From NCBI GenBank assembly GCA_964016885.1, contig OZ024740.1, positions 430,156,001 through 430,220,000 of the forward strand: a stretch of 64,000 bases of DNA. The letters are read 5' to 3'. Shown here one piece after another: positions 15,001-30,000 of this stretch. The notes below the pieces were generated by a model. The model was not told where the DNA came from, did no database searches, and was given only the letters and a program-made list of their open reading frames with translations. Both the position numbers and the translations under genes were made by a program. Source of the DNA: Eledone cirrhosa (taxonomy: Eukaryota). The stretch's first letter is position 1. Each line of letters begins with the position of its first letter.

Positions 15001-18000
15001 TTACCTTGGTGTAGGTGGTGCCAGATGTACAATAACATATGGAGGAGGTGAGACAGGAGTTTCTGACAGTAATGTCTACCACCAAAGTTACCTTGGTATA
15101 GGTGGTGCCAGATACATAATAACATATGGAGGAGGTGAGACAGGAGTTTCTGACAGTAATGTCTACCACCAAAGTTACCTTGGTGTAGGTGGAGCCAGAT
15201 ACATAATAACATGTGGAGGAGGTGAGACAGGAGTTTCTGACAGTAATATCTACCACCAAAGTTACATTGATGTAGGTGGTGCCAGATACACAATAACATG
15301 TGGAGGAGGTGAGACAGGAGTTTCTGACAGTAATGTCTACCACCAAAGTTACCTTGGTGTAGGTGGTGCCAGATACACAATAACATGCGGAGGAGGTGAG
15401 ACAGGAGTTTCTGACAGTAATGTCTACCACCAAAGTTACCTTGGTGTAGGTGGTGCCAGATACACAATAACATATGGAGGAGGTGAGACAGGAGTCTCTG
15501 ACAGTAATGTCTACCACCAAAGTTACCTTGGTGTAGGTGGTGCCAGATACATAATAACATGTGGAGGAGGTGAGACAGGAGTTTCTGACTGTAATGTCTA
15601 CCACCAAAGTTACCTTGGTGTAGGTGGTGCCAGATACACAATAACATGTGGAGGAGGTGAGACAGGAGTTTCTGACTGTAATGTCTACCACCAAAGTTAC
15701 CTTGGTGTAGGTGGTGCCAGATACATAATAACATGTGGAGGAGGTGAGACAGGAGTTTCTGACTGTAATATCTACCACCAAAGTTACCTTGGTGTAGGTG
15801 GTGCCAGATACATAATAACATGTGGAGGAGGTGAGACAGGAGTTTCTGACAGTAATGTCTTCCAAAGTTACCTTGGTGTAGGTGGTGCCAGATACACAAT
15901 AACATGTGGAGGAGGTGAGACAGGAGTTTCTGACAGTAATGTCTACCACCAAAGTTACCTTGGTGTAGGTGGTGCCAGATACACAATAACATGTGGAGGA
16001 GGTGAGACAGGAGTTTCTGACAGTAATGTCTACCACCAAAGTTACCTTGGTGTAGGTGGTGCCAGATACACAATAACATGTGGAGGAGGTGAGGCAGGAG
16101 TTTCTGACAGTAATATCTACCACCAAAGTTACCTTGGTGTAGGTGGTGCCAGATACACAATAACATGTGGAGGAGGTGGGGCAGGAGTTTCTGACAGTAA
16201 TGTCCACCACCAAAGGTAGCTTGGTGTAGGTGGTGCCAGATACATAATAACATATGGAGGAGGTGAGACAGGAGTTTCTGACAGTAATGTCTACCACCAA
16301 AGTTACCTTGGTGTAGGTGGTGCCAGATACACAATAACATATGGAGGAGGTGAGAGAGGAGTTTCTGACAGTAATGTCTACCACCAAAGTTACCTTGGTG
16401 TATGTGGTGCCAGATACATAATAACATATGGAGGAGGTGAGACAGGAGTTTCTGACAGTAATGTCTACCACCAAAGTTACCTTGGTGTAGGTGGTGCCAG
16501 ATGTACAACATGTGGAGGAGGTGAGACAGGAGTTTCTGACAGTAATGTCTACCACCAAAGTTACCTTGGTGTAGGTGGTGCCAGATACATAATAACATGT
16601 GGAGGAGGTGAGACAGGAGTTTCTGACAGTAATGTCTACCACCAAAGTTACCTTGGTGTAGGTGGTGCCAGATGTAGAATAACATGTGGAGGAGGTGAGA
16701 CAGGAGTTTCTGACAGTAATGTCTACCACCAAAGTTACCTTGGTGTAGGTGGTGCCAGATACATAATAACATATGGAGGAGGTGAGACAGGAGTTTCTGA
16801 CAGTAATGTCTTCCAAAGTTACCTTGGTGTAGGTGGTGCCAGATACACAATAACATGTGGAGGAGGTGAGACAGGAGTTTCTGACAGTAATGTCTACCAC
16901 CACAGTTACCTTGGTGTAGGTGGTGCCAGATACACAATAACATGTGGAGGAGGTGAGACAGGAGTTTCTGACAGTAATGTCTACCACCAAAGTTACCTTG
17001 GTGTAGGTGGTGCCAGATACACAATAACATGTGGAGGAGGTGGGGCAGGAGTTTCTGACAGTAATGTCCACCACCAAAGGTAGCTTGGTGTAGGTGGTGC
17101 CAGATACATAATAACATATGGAGGAGGTGAGACAGGAGTTTCTGACAGTAATGTCTACCACCAAAGTTACCTTGGTGTAGGTGGTGCCAGATACATAATA
17201 ACATATGGAGGAGGTGAGACAGGAGTTTCTGACAGTAATGTCTACCACCAAAGTTACCTTGGTGTAGGTGGTGCCAGATGTACAACATGTGGAGGAGGTG
17301 AGACAGGAGTTTCTGACAGTAATGTCTACCACCAAAGTTACCTTGGTGTAGGTGGTGCCAGATACATAATAACATGTGGAGGAGGTGAGACAGGAGTTTC
17401 TGACAGTAATGTCTACCACCAAAGTTACCTTGGTGTAGGTGGTGCCAGATGTAGAATAACATGTGGAGGAGGTGAGACAGGAGTTTCTGACAGTAATGTC
17501 TACCACCAAAGTTACCTTGGTGTAGGTGGTGCCAGATACATAATAACATATGGAGGAGGTGAGACAGGAGTTTCTGACAGTAATGTCTACCACCAAAGTT
17601 ACCTTGGTGTAGGTGGTGCCAGATACATAATAACATCTGGAGGAGGTGAGACAGGAGTTTCTGACAATAATGTCTACCACCAAAGTTACCTTGGTGTAGG
17701 TGGTGCCAGATGTACAACAACATGTGGAGGAGTTGAGACAGGAGTTTCTGACAGTAATGTCTACCACCAAAGTTACCTTGGTGTAGGTGGTGCCAGATAC
17801 ATAATAACATGTGGAGGAGGTGAGACAGGAGTTTCTGACAGTAATGTCTACCACCAAAGTTACATTGATGTAGGTGGTGCCAGATACACAATAACATGTG
17901 GAGGAGGTGAGACAGGAGTTTCTGACAGTAATGTCTACCACCAAAGTTACCTTGGTGTAGGTGGTGCCAGATACATAATAACATGTGGAGGAGGTGAGAC

Positions 18001-21000
18001 GGGAGTTTCTGACAGTAATGTCTACCACCAAAGTTACCTTGGTGTAGGTGGTGCCAGATACATAATAACATGTGGAGGAGGTGAGACAGGAGTTTCTGAC
18101 AGTAATGTCTACCACCAAAGTTACATTGGTGTAGGTGGTGCCAGATGTACAATAACATGTGGAGGAGGTGAGACAGGAGTTTCTGACAGTAATGTCTACC
18201 ACCAAAGTTACCTTGGTGTAGGTGGTGCCAGATACATAATAACATGTGGAGGAGATGAGACAGGAGTTTCTGACAGTAATGTCTACCACCAAAATTACCT
18301 TGGTGTAGGTGGTGCCAGATGTACAATAACATGTGGAGGAGGTGAGACAGGAGTTTCTGACAGTAATGTCTACCACCAAAGTTACCTTGGTGTAGGTGGT
18401 GCCAGATACATAATAACATGTGGAGGAGGTGAGACAGGAGTTTCTGACAGTAATGTCTACCACCAAAGTTACCTTGGTGTAGGTGGTGCCAGATGTACAA
18501 TAACATGTGGAGGAGGTGAGACAGGAGTTTCTGACAGTAATGTCTACCACCAAAGTTACCTTGGTGTAGTTGGTGCCAGATACATAATAACATGTGGAGG
18601 AGGTGAGACAGGAGTTTCTGACAGTAATGTTTACCACCAAAGTTACCTTGGTGTAGGTGGTGCCAGATGTACAATAACATGTGGAGAAGGTGAGACAGGA
18701 GTTTCTGACAGTAATGTTTACCACCAAAGTTACCTTGGTGTAGGTGGTGCCAGATGTAGAATAACATATGGAGGAGGTGCGACAGGAGTTTCTGACAGTA
18801 ATGTCTACCACCAAAGTTACCCTGATGTAGGTGGTGCCAGATGTACAATAACATGTGGAGGAGGTGAGACAGGAGTTTCTGACAGTAATGTCTACCACCA
18901 AAGTTACCTTGGTGTAGGTGGTGCCAGATGTACAATAACACGTGGAGGAGGTGAGACAGGAGTTTCTGACAGTAATGTCTACCACCAAAGTTACCTTGGT
19001 GTAGGTGGTGCCAGATGTAGAATAACATATGGAGGAGGTGAGACAGGAGTTTCTGACACTAATGTCTTCCACCAAAGTTACCTTGGTGTAGGTGGTGCCA
19101 GATACACAATAACATGTGGAGGAGGTGAGACAGGAGTTTCTGACAGTAATGTCTACCACCAAAGTTACCTTGGTGTAGGTGCTGCCAGATGTACAACAAC
19201 ATGTGGAGGAGGTGAGACAGGAGTTTCTGACAGTAATGTCTACCACCAAAGTTACCTTGGTGTAGTTGGTGCCAGATACATAATAACATGTGGAGGAGGT
19301 GAGACAGGAGTTTCTGACAGTAATGTCTACCACCAAAGTTACATTGATGTAGGTGGTGCCAGATACACAATAACATGTGGAGGAGGTGAGACAGGAGTTT
19401 CTGACAGTAATGTCTACCACCAAAGTTACCTTGGTGTAGGTGGTGCCAGATACACAATAACATGTGGAGGAGGTGAGTCAGGAGTTTCTGACAGTAATGT
19501 CTACCACCAAAGTTACCTTGGTGTAGGTGGTGCCAGATACATAATAACATGTGGAGGAGGTGAGACAGGAGTTTCTGACAGTAATGTCTACCACCAAAGT
19601 TACCTTGGTGTAGGTGGTGCCAGATACATAATAACATGTGGAGGAGGTGAGACAGGAGTTTCTGACAGTAATGTCTACCACCAAAGTTACCTTGGTGTAG
19701 GTGGTGCCAGATACATAATAACATGTGGAGGAGGTGAGACGGGAGTTTCTGACAGTAATGTCTACCACCAAAGTTACCTTGGTGTAGGTGGTGCCAGATA
19801 CATAATAACATGTGGAGGAGGTGAGACAGGAGTTTCTGACAGTAATGTCTACCACCAAAGTTACCTTGGTGTAGGTGGTGCCAGATGTACAATAACATGT
19901 GGAGGAGGTGAGACAGGAGTTTCTGACAGTAATGTCTACCACCAAAGTTACCTTGGTGTAGGTGGTGCCAGATATATAATAACATGTGGAGGAGGTGAGA
20001 CAGGAGTTTCTGACAGTAATGTCTACCACCAAAATTACCTTGGTGTAGGTGGTGCCAGATGTACAAGAACATATGGAGGAGGTGAGACAGGAGTTTCTGA
20101 CAGTAATGTCTACCACCAAAGTTACCTTGGTGTAGGTGGTGCCAGATACACAATAACATGTGGAGGAGGTGAGACAGGAGTTTCTGACAGTAATGTCTAC
20201 CACCAAAGTTACCTTGGTGTAGATGGTGCCAGATGTACAATAACATGTGGAGGAGGTGAGACAGGAGTTTCTGACAGTAATGTCTACCACCAAAGTTACC
20301 TTGGTGTAGGTGGTGCCAGATGTACAATAACATGTGGAGAAGGTGAGACAGGAGTTTCTGACAGTAATGTCTACCACCAAAGTTACCTTGGTGTAGGTGG
20401 TGCAAGATGTACAACAACATGTGGAGGAGGTGAGACAGGAGTTTCTGACAGTAATGTCTACCACCAAAGTTACCTTGGTGTAGGTGGTGCCAGATACATA
20501 ATAACATGTGGAGGAGGTGAGACAGGAGTTTCTGACTGTAATGTCTACCACCAAAGTTACCTTGGTGTAGGTGGTGCCAGATGTACAATAACATATGGAG
20601 GAGGTGAGACAGGAGTTTCTGACAGTAATGTCTACCACCAAAGTTACCTTGGTGTAGGTGGTGCCAGATACATAATAACATATGGAGGAGGTGAGACAGG
20701 AGTTTCTGACAGTAATGTCTACCACCAAACTTACCTTGGTGTAGGTGGTGCCAGATGTACTATAACATATGGAGGAGGTGAGACAGGAGTTTCTGACAGT
20801 AATGTCTACCACCAAAGTTACCTTGGTGTAGGTGGTGCCAGATACATAATAACATGTGGAGGAGGTGAGACAGGAGTCTCTGACAGTAATGTCTACCACC
20901 AAAGTTACCTTGGTGTAAGTGGTGCCAGATACATAATAACATGTGGAGGAGGTGAGACAGGAGTTTCTGACAGTAATGTCTACCACCACAGTTACCTTGC

Positions 21001-24000
21001 TGTAGGTGGTGCCAGATACACAATAACATGTGGAGGAGGTGAGACAGGAGTTTCTGACAGTAATGTCTACCACCAAAGTTACCTTGGTGTAGTTGGTGCC
21101 AGATACATAATAACATGTGGAGGAGGTGAGATAGGAGTTTCTGACAGTAATGTCTACCACCAAAGTTACCTTGGTGTAGGTGGTGCCAGATACATAATAA
21201 CATGTGGAGGAGGTGAGACAGGAGTTTCTGACAGTAATGTCTACCACCAAAGTTACCTTGGTGTAGGTGGTGCCAGATACATAATAACATGTGGAGGAGG
21301 TGAGACAGGAGTTTCTGACAGTAATGTCTACCACCAAAGTTACCTTGGTGTAGGTGGTGCCAGATGTACTATAACATATGGAGGAGGTGAGACAGGAGTT
21401 TCTGACAGTAATGTCTACCACCAAAGTTACCTTGGTATAGGTGGTGCCAGATACATAATAACAGATGGAGGAGGTGAGACAGGAGTTTCTGACAGTAATG
21501 TCTACCACCAAAGTTACCTTGGTGTAGGTGGTGCCAGATGTACAACAACATGTGGAGGAGGTGAGACAGGAGTTTCTGACAGTAATGTCTACCACCAAAG
21601 TTACCTTGATGTAGGTGGTGCCAGATGTACAATAACATGTGGAGGAGGTGAGACAGGAGTTTCAGACAGTAATGTCTACCACCAAAGTTACCTTGGTGTA
21701 TGTGGTGCCAGATACATAATAACATATGGAGGAGGTGAGACAGGAGTTTCTGACAGTAATGTCTACCACCAAAGTTACCTTGGTGTAGGTGGTGCCAGAT
21801 GTACAATAACACGTGGAGGAGGTGAGACAGGAGTTTCTGACTGTAATGTCTACCACCAAAGTTACCTTGGTGTAGGTGGTGCCAGATACATAATAACATG
21901 TTGAGGAGGTGAGACAGGAGTTTCTGACAGTAATGTCTTCCAAAGTTACCTTGGTGTAGGTGGTGCAAGATACACAATAACATGTGGAGGAGGTGAGACA
22001 GGAGTTTCTGACAGTAATGTCTACCACCAAAGTTACCATGGTGTAGGTGGTGCCAGATGTACAATAACATGTGGAGGAGGTGAGACAGGAGTTTCTGACA
22101 GTAATGTCTACCACCAAAGTTACCTTGGTGTAGGTGGTGCCAGATACACAATAACATGTGGAGGGGGTGAGACAGGAGTTTCTGACAGTAATGTCTACCA
22201 CCAAAGTTACCTTGGTGTAGGTGGTGCCAGATACACAATAACATGTGGAGGAGGTGGGGCAGGAGTTTCTGACAGTAATGTCTACCACCAAAGTTACCTT
22301 GCTGTAGGTGGTGCCAGATACATAATAACATATGGAGGAGGTGAGACAGGAGTTTCTGACAGTAATGTCTTCCACCAAAGTTACCTTGATGTAGCTGGTG
22401 GCAGATGTACAATAACATGTGGAGGAGGTGAGACAGGAGTTTCTGACAGTAATGTCTACCACCAAAGTTACCTTGGTGTAGGTGGTGCCAGATACACAAT
22501 AACATGTGGAGGAGGTGAGACAGGAGTTTCTGACAGTAATGTCTACCACCAAAGTTACCTTGGTGTAGGTGGTGCCAGATGTAGAATAACATATGGAGGA
22601 GGTGAGACAGGAGTTTCTGACAGTAATGTCTACCACCAAAGTTACCTTGGTGTAGGTGGTGCCAGATGTAGAATAACATATGGAGGAGGTGAGACAGGAG
22701 TTTCTGACAGTAATGTCTACCACCAAAGATACCTTGGTGTAGGTGGTGCCAGATGTAGAATAACATATGGAGGAGGTGAGACAGGAGTTTCTGACAGTAA
22801 TGTCTTCCACCAAAGTTACCTTGGTGTAGGTGGTGCCAGATGTACAATAACATATGGAGGAGGTGAGACAGGAGTTTCTGACAGTAATGTCTTCCACCAA
22901 AGTTACGTTGGTGTAGGTGGTGCCAGATGTAGAATAACATATGGAGGAGGTGAGACAGGAGTTTCTGACAGTAATGTCTACCACCAAAGTTACCTTGGTG
23001 TAGGTGGTGCCAGATGTACAATAACATATGGAGGAGGTGAGACAGGAGTTTCTGACAGTAATGTCTACCACCAAAGTTACCTTGGTGTAGGTGGTGCCAG
23101 ATGTAGAATAACATGTGGTGGAGGTGAGACAGGAGTTTCTGACAGTAATGTCTACCACCAAAGTTACCTTGGTGTAGGTGGTGCCAGATACACAATAACA
23201 TGTGGAGGAGGTGAGACAGGAGTTTCTGACAGTAATGTCTACCACCAAAGTTACCTTGGTGTAGGTGGTGCCAGATGTACAATAACATGTGGAGGAGGTG
23301 AGACAGGAGTTTCTCACAGTAATGTCTACCACCAAAGTTACCTTGGTGTAGGTGGTGCCAGATACACAATAACATGTGGAGGAGGTGAGACAGGAGTTTC
23401 TGACAGTAATGTCTACCACCAAAGTTACCTTGATGTAGATGGTGCCAGATACACAATAACATGTGGAGGAGGTGAGACAGGAGTTTCTCACAGTAATGTC
23501 TACCACCAAAGTTACCTTGGTGTAGGTGGTGCCAGATACACAATAACATGTGGAGGAGGTGAGACAGGAGTTTCTCACAGTAATGTCTACCACCAAAGTT
23601 ACCTTGGTGTAGGTGGTGCCAGATGTACAATAACACGTGGAGGAGGTGAGACAGGAGTTTCTGACAGTAATGTCTTCCACCAAAGTTATCTTGGTGTAGG
23701 TGGTGCCAGATACACAATAACATGTGGAGGAGGTGAGACAGGAGTTTCTGACAGTAATGTCTTCCACCAAAGTTACCTTGGTGTAGGTGGTGCCAGATGT
23801 ACAATAACACGTGGAGGAGGTGAGACAGGAGTTTCTGACAGTAATGTCTTCCACCAAAGTTACCTTGGTGTAGGTGGTGCCAGATACACAATAACATGTG
23901 GAGGAGGTGAGACAGGAGTTTCTGACAATAATGTCTTCCACCAAAGTTACCTTGGTGTAGGTGGTGCCAGATGTACAATAACACGTGGAGGAGGTGAGAC

Positions 24001-27000
24001 AGGAGTTTCTGACAGTAATGTCTTCCACCAAAGTTACCTTGGTGTAGGTGGTGCCAGATACATAATAACATATGGAGGAGGTGAGACAGGAGTTTCTGAC
24101 AATAATGTCTTCCACCAAAGTTACCTTGGTGTAGGTGGTGCCAGATGTACAATAACACGTGGAGGAGGTGAGACAGGAGTTTCTGACAGTAATGTCTACC
24201 ACCAAATTTACCTTGGTGTAGGTGGTGCCAGATACACAATAACATGCGGAGGAGGTGAGACAGGAGTTTCTGACAGTAATGTCTTCCACCAAAGTTACCT
24301 TGGTGTAGGTGGTGCCAGATACACAATAACATGTGGAGGAGGTGAGACAGGAGTTTCTGACAATAATGTCTTCCACCAAAGTTACCTTGGTGTAGGTGGT
24401 GCCAGATGTACAATAACACGTGGAGGAGGTGAGACAGGAGTTTCTGACAGTAATGTCTTCCACCAAAGTTACCTTGGTGTAGGTGGTGCCAGATACATAA
24501 TAACATATGGAGGAGGTGAGACAGGAGTTTCTGACAATAATGTCTTCCACCAAAGTTACCTTGGTGTAGGTGGTGCCAGATGTACAATAACACGTGGAGG
24601 AGGTGAGACAGGAGTTTCTGACAGTAATGTCTACCACCAAATTTACCTTGGTGTAGGTGGTGCCAGATACACAATAACATGCGGAGGAGGTGAGACAGGA
24701 GTTTCTGACAGTAATGTCTTCCACCAAAGTTACCTTGGTGTAGGTGGTGCCAGATACATAATAACATATGGAGGAGGTGAGACAGGAGTTTCTGACAATA
24801 ATGTCTACCACCAAAGTTACCTTGGTGTAGGTGGTGCCAGATGTACAATAACACGTGGAGGAGGTGAGACAGGAGTTTCTGACAGTAATGTCTACCACCA
24901 AATTTACCTTGGTGTAGGTGGTGCCAGATACACAATAACATGCGGAGGAGGTGAGACAGGAGTTTCTGACAGTAATGTCTACCACCAAAGTTACCTTGGT
25001 GTAGGTGGTGCCAGATACACAATAACATATGGAGGAGGTGAGACAGGAGTCTCTGACATTAATGTCTACCACCAAAGTTACCTTGGTGTAGGTGGTGCCA
25101 GATACATAATAACATGTGGAGGAGGTGAGACAGGAGTTTCTGACTGTAATGTCTACCACCAAAGTTACCTTGGTGTAGGTGGTGCCAGATACACAATAAC
25201 ATGTGGAGGAGGTGAGACAGGAGTTTCTGACAATAATGTCTTCCACCAAAGTTACCTTGGTGTAGGTGGTGCCAGATGTACAATAACACGTGGAGGAGGT
25301 GAGACAGGAGTTTCTGACAGTAATGTCTTCCACCAAAGTTATCTTGGTGTAGGTGGTGCCAGATACACAATAACATGTGGAGGAGGTGAGACAGGAGTTT
25401 CTGACAGTAATGTCTTCCACCAAAGTTACCTTGGTGTAGGTGGTGCCAGATGTACAATAACACGTGGAGGAGGTGAGACAGGAGTTTCTGACAGTAATGT
25501 CTTCCACCAAAGTTACCTTGGTGTAGGTGGTGCCAGATACACAATAACATGTGGAGGAGGTGAGACAGGAGTTTCTGACAATAATGTCTTCCACCAAAGT
25601 TACCTTGGTGTAGGTGGTGCCAGATGTACAATAACACGTGGAGGAGGTGAGACAGGAGTTTCTGACAGTAATGTCTTCCACCAAAGTTACCTTGGTGTAG
25701 GTGGTGCCAGATACATAATAACATATGGAGGAGGTGAGACAGGAGTTTCTGACAATAATGTCTTCCACCAAAGTTACCTTGGTGTAGGTGGTGCCAGATG
25801 TACAATAACACGTGGAGGAGGTGAGACAGGAGTTTCTGACAGTAATGTCTACCACCAAATTTACCTTGGTGTAGGTGGTGCCAGATACACAATAACATGC
25901 GGAGGAGGTGAGACAGGAGTTTCTGACAGTAATGTCTTCCACCAAAGTTACCTTGGTGTAGGTGGTGCCAGATACACAATAACATGTGGAGGAGGTGAGA
26001 CAGGAGTTTCTGACAATAATGTCTTCCACCAAAGTTACCTTGGTGTAGGTGGTGCCAGATGTACAATAACACGTGGAGGAGGTGAGACAGGAGTTTCTGA
26101 CAGTAATGTCTTCCACCAAAGTTACCTTGGTGTAGGTGGTGCCAGATACATAATAACATATGGAGGAGGTGAGACAGGAGTTTCTGACAATAATGTCTTC
26201 CACCAAAGTTACCTTGGTGTAGGTGGTGCCAGATGTACAATAACACGTGGAGGAGGTGAGACAGGAGTTTCTGACAGTAATGTCTACCACCAAATTTACC
26301 TTGGTGTAGGTGGTGCCAGATACACAATAACATGCGGAGGAGGTGAGACAGGAGTTTCTGACAGTAATGTCTTCCACCAAAGTTACCTTGGTGTAGGTGG
26401 TGCCAGATACATAATAACATATGGAGGAGGTGAGACAGGAGTTTCTGACAATAATGTCTACCACCAAAGTTACCTTGGTGTAGGTGGTGCCAGATGTACA
26501 ATAACACGTGGAGGAGGTGAGACAGGAGTTTCTGACAGTAATGTCTACCACCAAATTTACCTTGGTGTAGGTGGTGCCAGATACACAATAACATGCGGAG
26601 GAGGTGAGACAGGAGTTTCTGACAGTAATGTCTACCACCAAAGTTACCTTGGTGTAGGTGGTGCCAGATACACAATAACATATGGAGGAGGTGAGACAGG
26701 AGTCTCTGACATTAATGTCTACCACCAAAGTTACCTTGGTGTAGGTGGTGCCAGATACATAATAACATGTGGAGGAGGTGAGACAGGAGTTTCTGACTGT
26801 AATGTCTACCACCAAAGTTACCTTGGTGTAGGTGGTGCCAGATACACAATAACATGTGGAGAAGGTGAGACAGGAGTTTCTGACTGTAATGTCTACCACC
26901 AAAGTTACCTTAGTGTAGGTGGTGCCAGATACATAATAACATGTGGAGGAGGTGAGACAGGAGTTTCTGACTGTAATATCTACCACCAAAGTTACCTTGG

Positions 27001-30000
27001 TGTAGGTGGTGCCAGATACATAATAACATGTGGAGGAGGTGAAACAGGAGTTTCTTACAGTAATGTCTTCCAAAGTTACCTTGGTGTAGGTGGTGCCAGA
27101 TACACAATAACATGTGGAGGAGGTGAGACAGGAGTTTCTGACAGTAATGTCTACCACCAAAGTTACCTTGGTGTAGGTGGTGCCAGATACACAATAACAT
27201 GTGGAGGAGGTGAGACAGGAGTTTCTGACAGTAATGTCTACCACCAAAGTTACCTTGGTGTAGGTGGTGCCAGATACACAATAACATGTGGAGGAGGTGG
27301 GGCAGGAGTTTCTGACAGTAATGTCTACCACAAAAGTTACCTTGGTGTATGTGGTGCCAGATACATAATAACATATGGAGGAGGTGAGACAGGAGTTTCT
27401 GACAGTAATGTCTACCACCAAAGTTACCTTGGTGTAGGTGGTGCCAGATACACAATAACATATGGAGGAGGTGAGAGAGGAGTTTCTGACAGTAATGTCT
27501 ACCACTAAAGTTACCTTGGTGTATGTGGTGCCAGATACATAATAACATATGGAGGAGGTGAGACAGGAGTTTCTGACAGTAATGTCTACCACCAAAGTTA
27601 CCTTGGTGTAGGTGGTGCCAGATACACAATAACATGTGGAGGAGGTGAGACAGGAGTTTCTGACAGTAATGTCTACCACCAAAGTTACCTTGGTGTAGGT
27701 GGTGCCAGATACATAATAACATGTGGAGGAGGTGAGACAGGAGTTTCTGACAGTAATGTCTACCACCAAAGTTACCTTGGTGTAGGTGGTGCCAGATGTA
27801 GAATAACATGTGGAGGAGGTGAGACAGGAGTTTCTGACAGTAATGTCTACCACCAAAGTTACCTTGGTGAAGGTGGTGCCAGATACACAATAACATATGG
27901 AGGAGGTGAGACAGGAGTTTCTGACAGTAATGTCTACCACCAAAGTTACCTTGGTGAAGGTGGTGCCAGATACACAATAACATATGGAGGAGGTGAGACA
28001 GGAGTTTCTGACAGTAATGTCTACCACCAAAGTTACCTTGATGTAGGTGGTGCCAGATACATAATAACATATGGAGGAGGTGAGACAGGAGTTTTTGACA
28101 GTAATGTCTACCACCAAAGTTACCTTGGTGTAGGTGGTGCCAGATGTACAATAACATGTGGAGGAGGTGAGACAGGAGTTTCTGACAGTAATGTCTACCA
28201 CCAAAGTTACCTTGGTGTAGGTGGTGCCAGATACACAATAACATGTGGTGGAGGTGAGACAGGAGTTTCTGACAGTAATGTCTACAACCAAAGTTACCTT
28301 GGTGTAGGTGGTGCCAGATGTAGAATAACATATGGAGGAGGTGCGACAGGAGTTTCTGACAGTAATGTCTACCACCAAAGTTACCTTGATGTAGGTGGTG
28401 CCAGATGTACAATATCATGTGGAGGAGGTGAGACAGGAGGTTCTGACAGTAATGTCTACCACCAAAGTTACCTTGGTGTAGGTGGTGCCAGATACACAAT
28501 AACATGTGGAGGAGGTGAGACAGGAGTTTCTGACAGTAATGTCTACCACCAAAGTTACCTTAGTGTAGGTGGTGCCAGATACATAATAACATGTGGAGGA
28601 GGTGAGACGGGAGTTTCTGACAGTAATGTCTACCACCAAAGTTACCTTGGTGTAGGTGGTGCCAGATACATAATAACATGTGGAGGAGGTGAGACAGGAG
28701 TTTCTGACAGTAATATCTACCACCAAAGTTACATTGGTGTAGGTGGTGCCAGATGTACAATAACATGTGGAGGAGGTGAGACAGGAGTTTCTGACAGTAA
28801 TGTCTACCACCAAAGTTACCTTGGTGTAGGTGGTGCCAGATATATAATAACATGTGGAGGAGGTGAGACAGGAGTTTCTGACAGTAATATCTACCACCAA
28901 AATTACCTTGGTGTAGGTGGTGCCAGATGTACAAGAACATGTGGAGGAGGTGAGACAGGAGTTTCTGACAGTAATTTCTACCACCAAAGTTACCTTGGTG
29001 TAGGTGGTGCCAGATGTACAATAACATGTGGAGAAGGTGAGACAGGAGTTTCTGACAGTAATGTCTACCACCAAAGTTACCTTGGTGTAGGTGGTGCCAG
29101 ATGTACAATAACACGTGGAGGAGGTGAGACAGGAGTTTCTGACAGTAATGTCTACCACCAAAGTTACCTTGGTGTAGGTGGTGCCAGATGTACAATAACA
29201 TATGGAGGAGGTGAGACAGGAGTTTCTGACAGTAATGTCTTCCACCAAAGTTACCTTAGTGTAGGTGGTGCCAGATACACAATAACATGTGGAGGAGGTG
29301 AGACAGGAGTTTCTGACAGTAGTGTCTACCACCAAAGTTACCTTGGTGTAGGTGGTGCCAGATGTACAACAACATGTGGAGGAGGTGAGACAGGAGTTTC
29401 TGATAGTAATGTCTACCACCAAAGTTACCTTGGTGTAGGTGGTGCCAGATACATAATAACATATGGAGGAGGTGAGACAGGAGTTTCTGACAGTAATGTC
29501 TACCACCAAAGTTACCTTGGTGTAGGTGGTACCAGATGTACAATAACACGTGGAGGAGGTAAGACAGGAGTTTCTGACAGTAATGTCTACCACCAAAGTT
29601 ACCTTGGTGTAGGTGGTGCCAGATACATAATAACATGTGGAGGAGGTGAGACAGGAGTTTCTGACAGTAATGTCTACCACCAAAGTTACCTTGGTGTAAG
29701 TGGTGCCAGATGTACAACATGTGGAGGAGGTGAGACAGGAGTTTCTGACAGTAATGTCTACCACCAAAGTTACCTTGGTGTAGGTGGTGCCAGATGTTCA
29801 ATAACATATGGAGGAGGTGAGACAGGAGTTTCTGACAGTAATGTCTACCACCAAAGTTACCTTGGTGTAGGTGGTGCCAGATGTTCAATAACATATGGAG
29901 GAGGTGAGACAGGAGTTTCTGACAGTAATGTCTACCACCAAAGTTACCTTGGTGTAGGTGGTGCCAGATGTTCAATAACATATGGAGGAGGTGAGACAGG

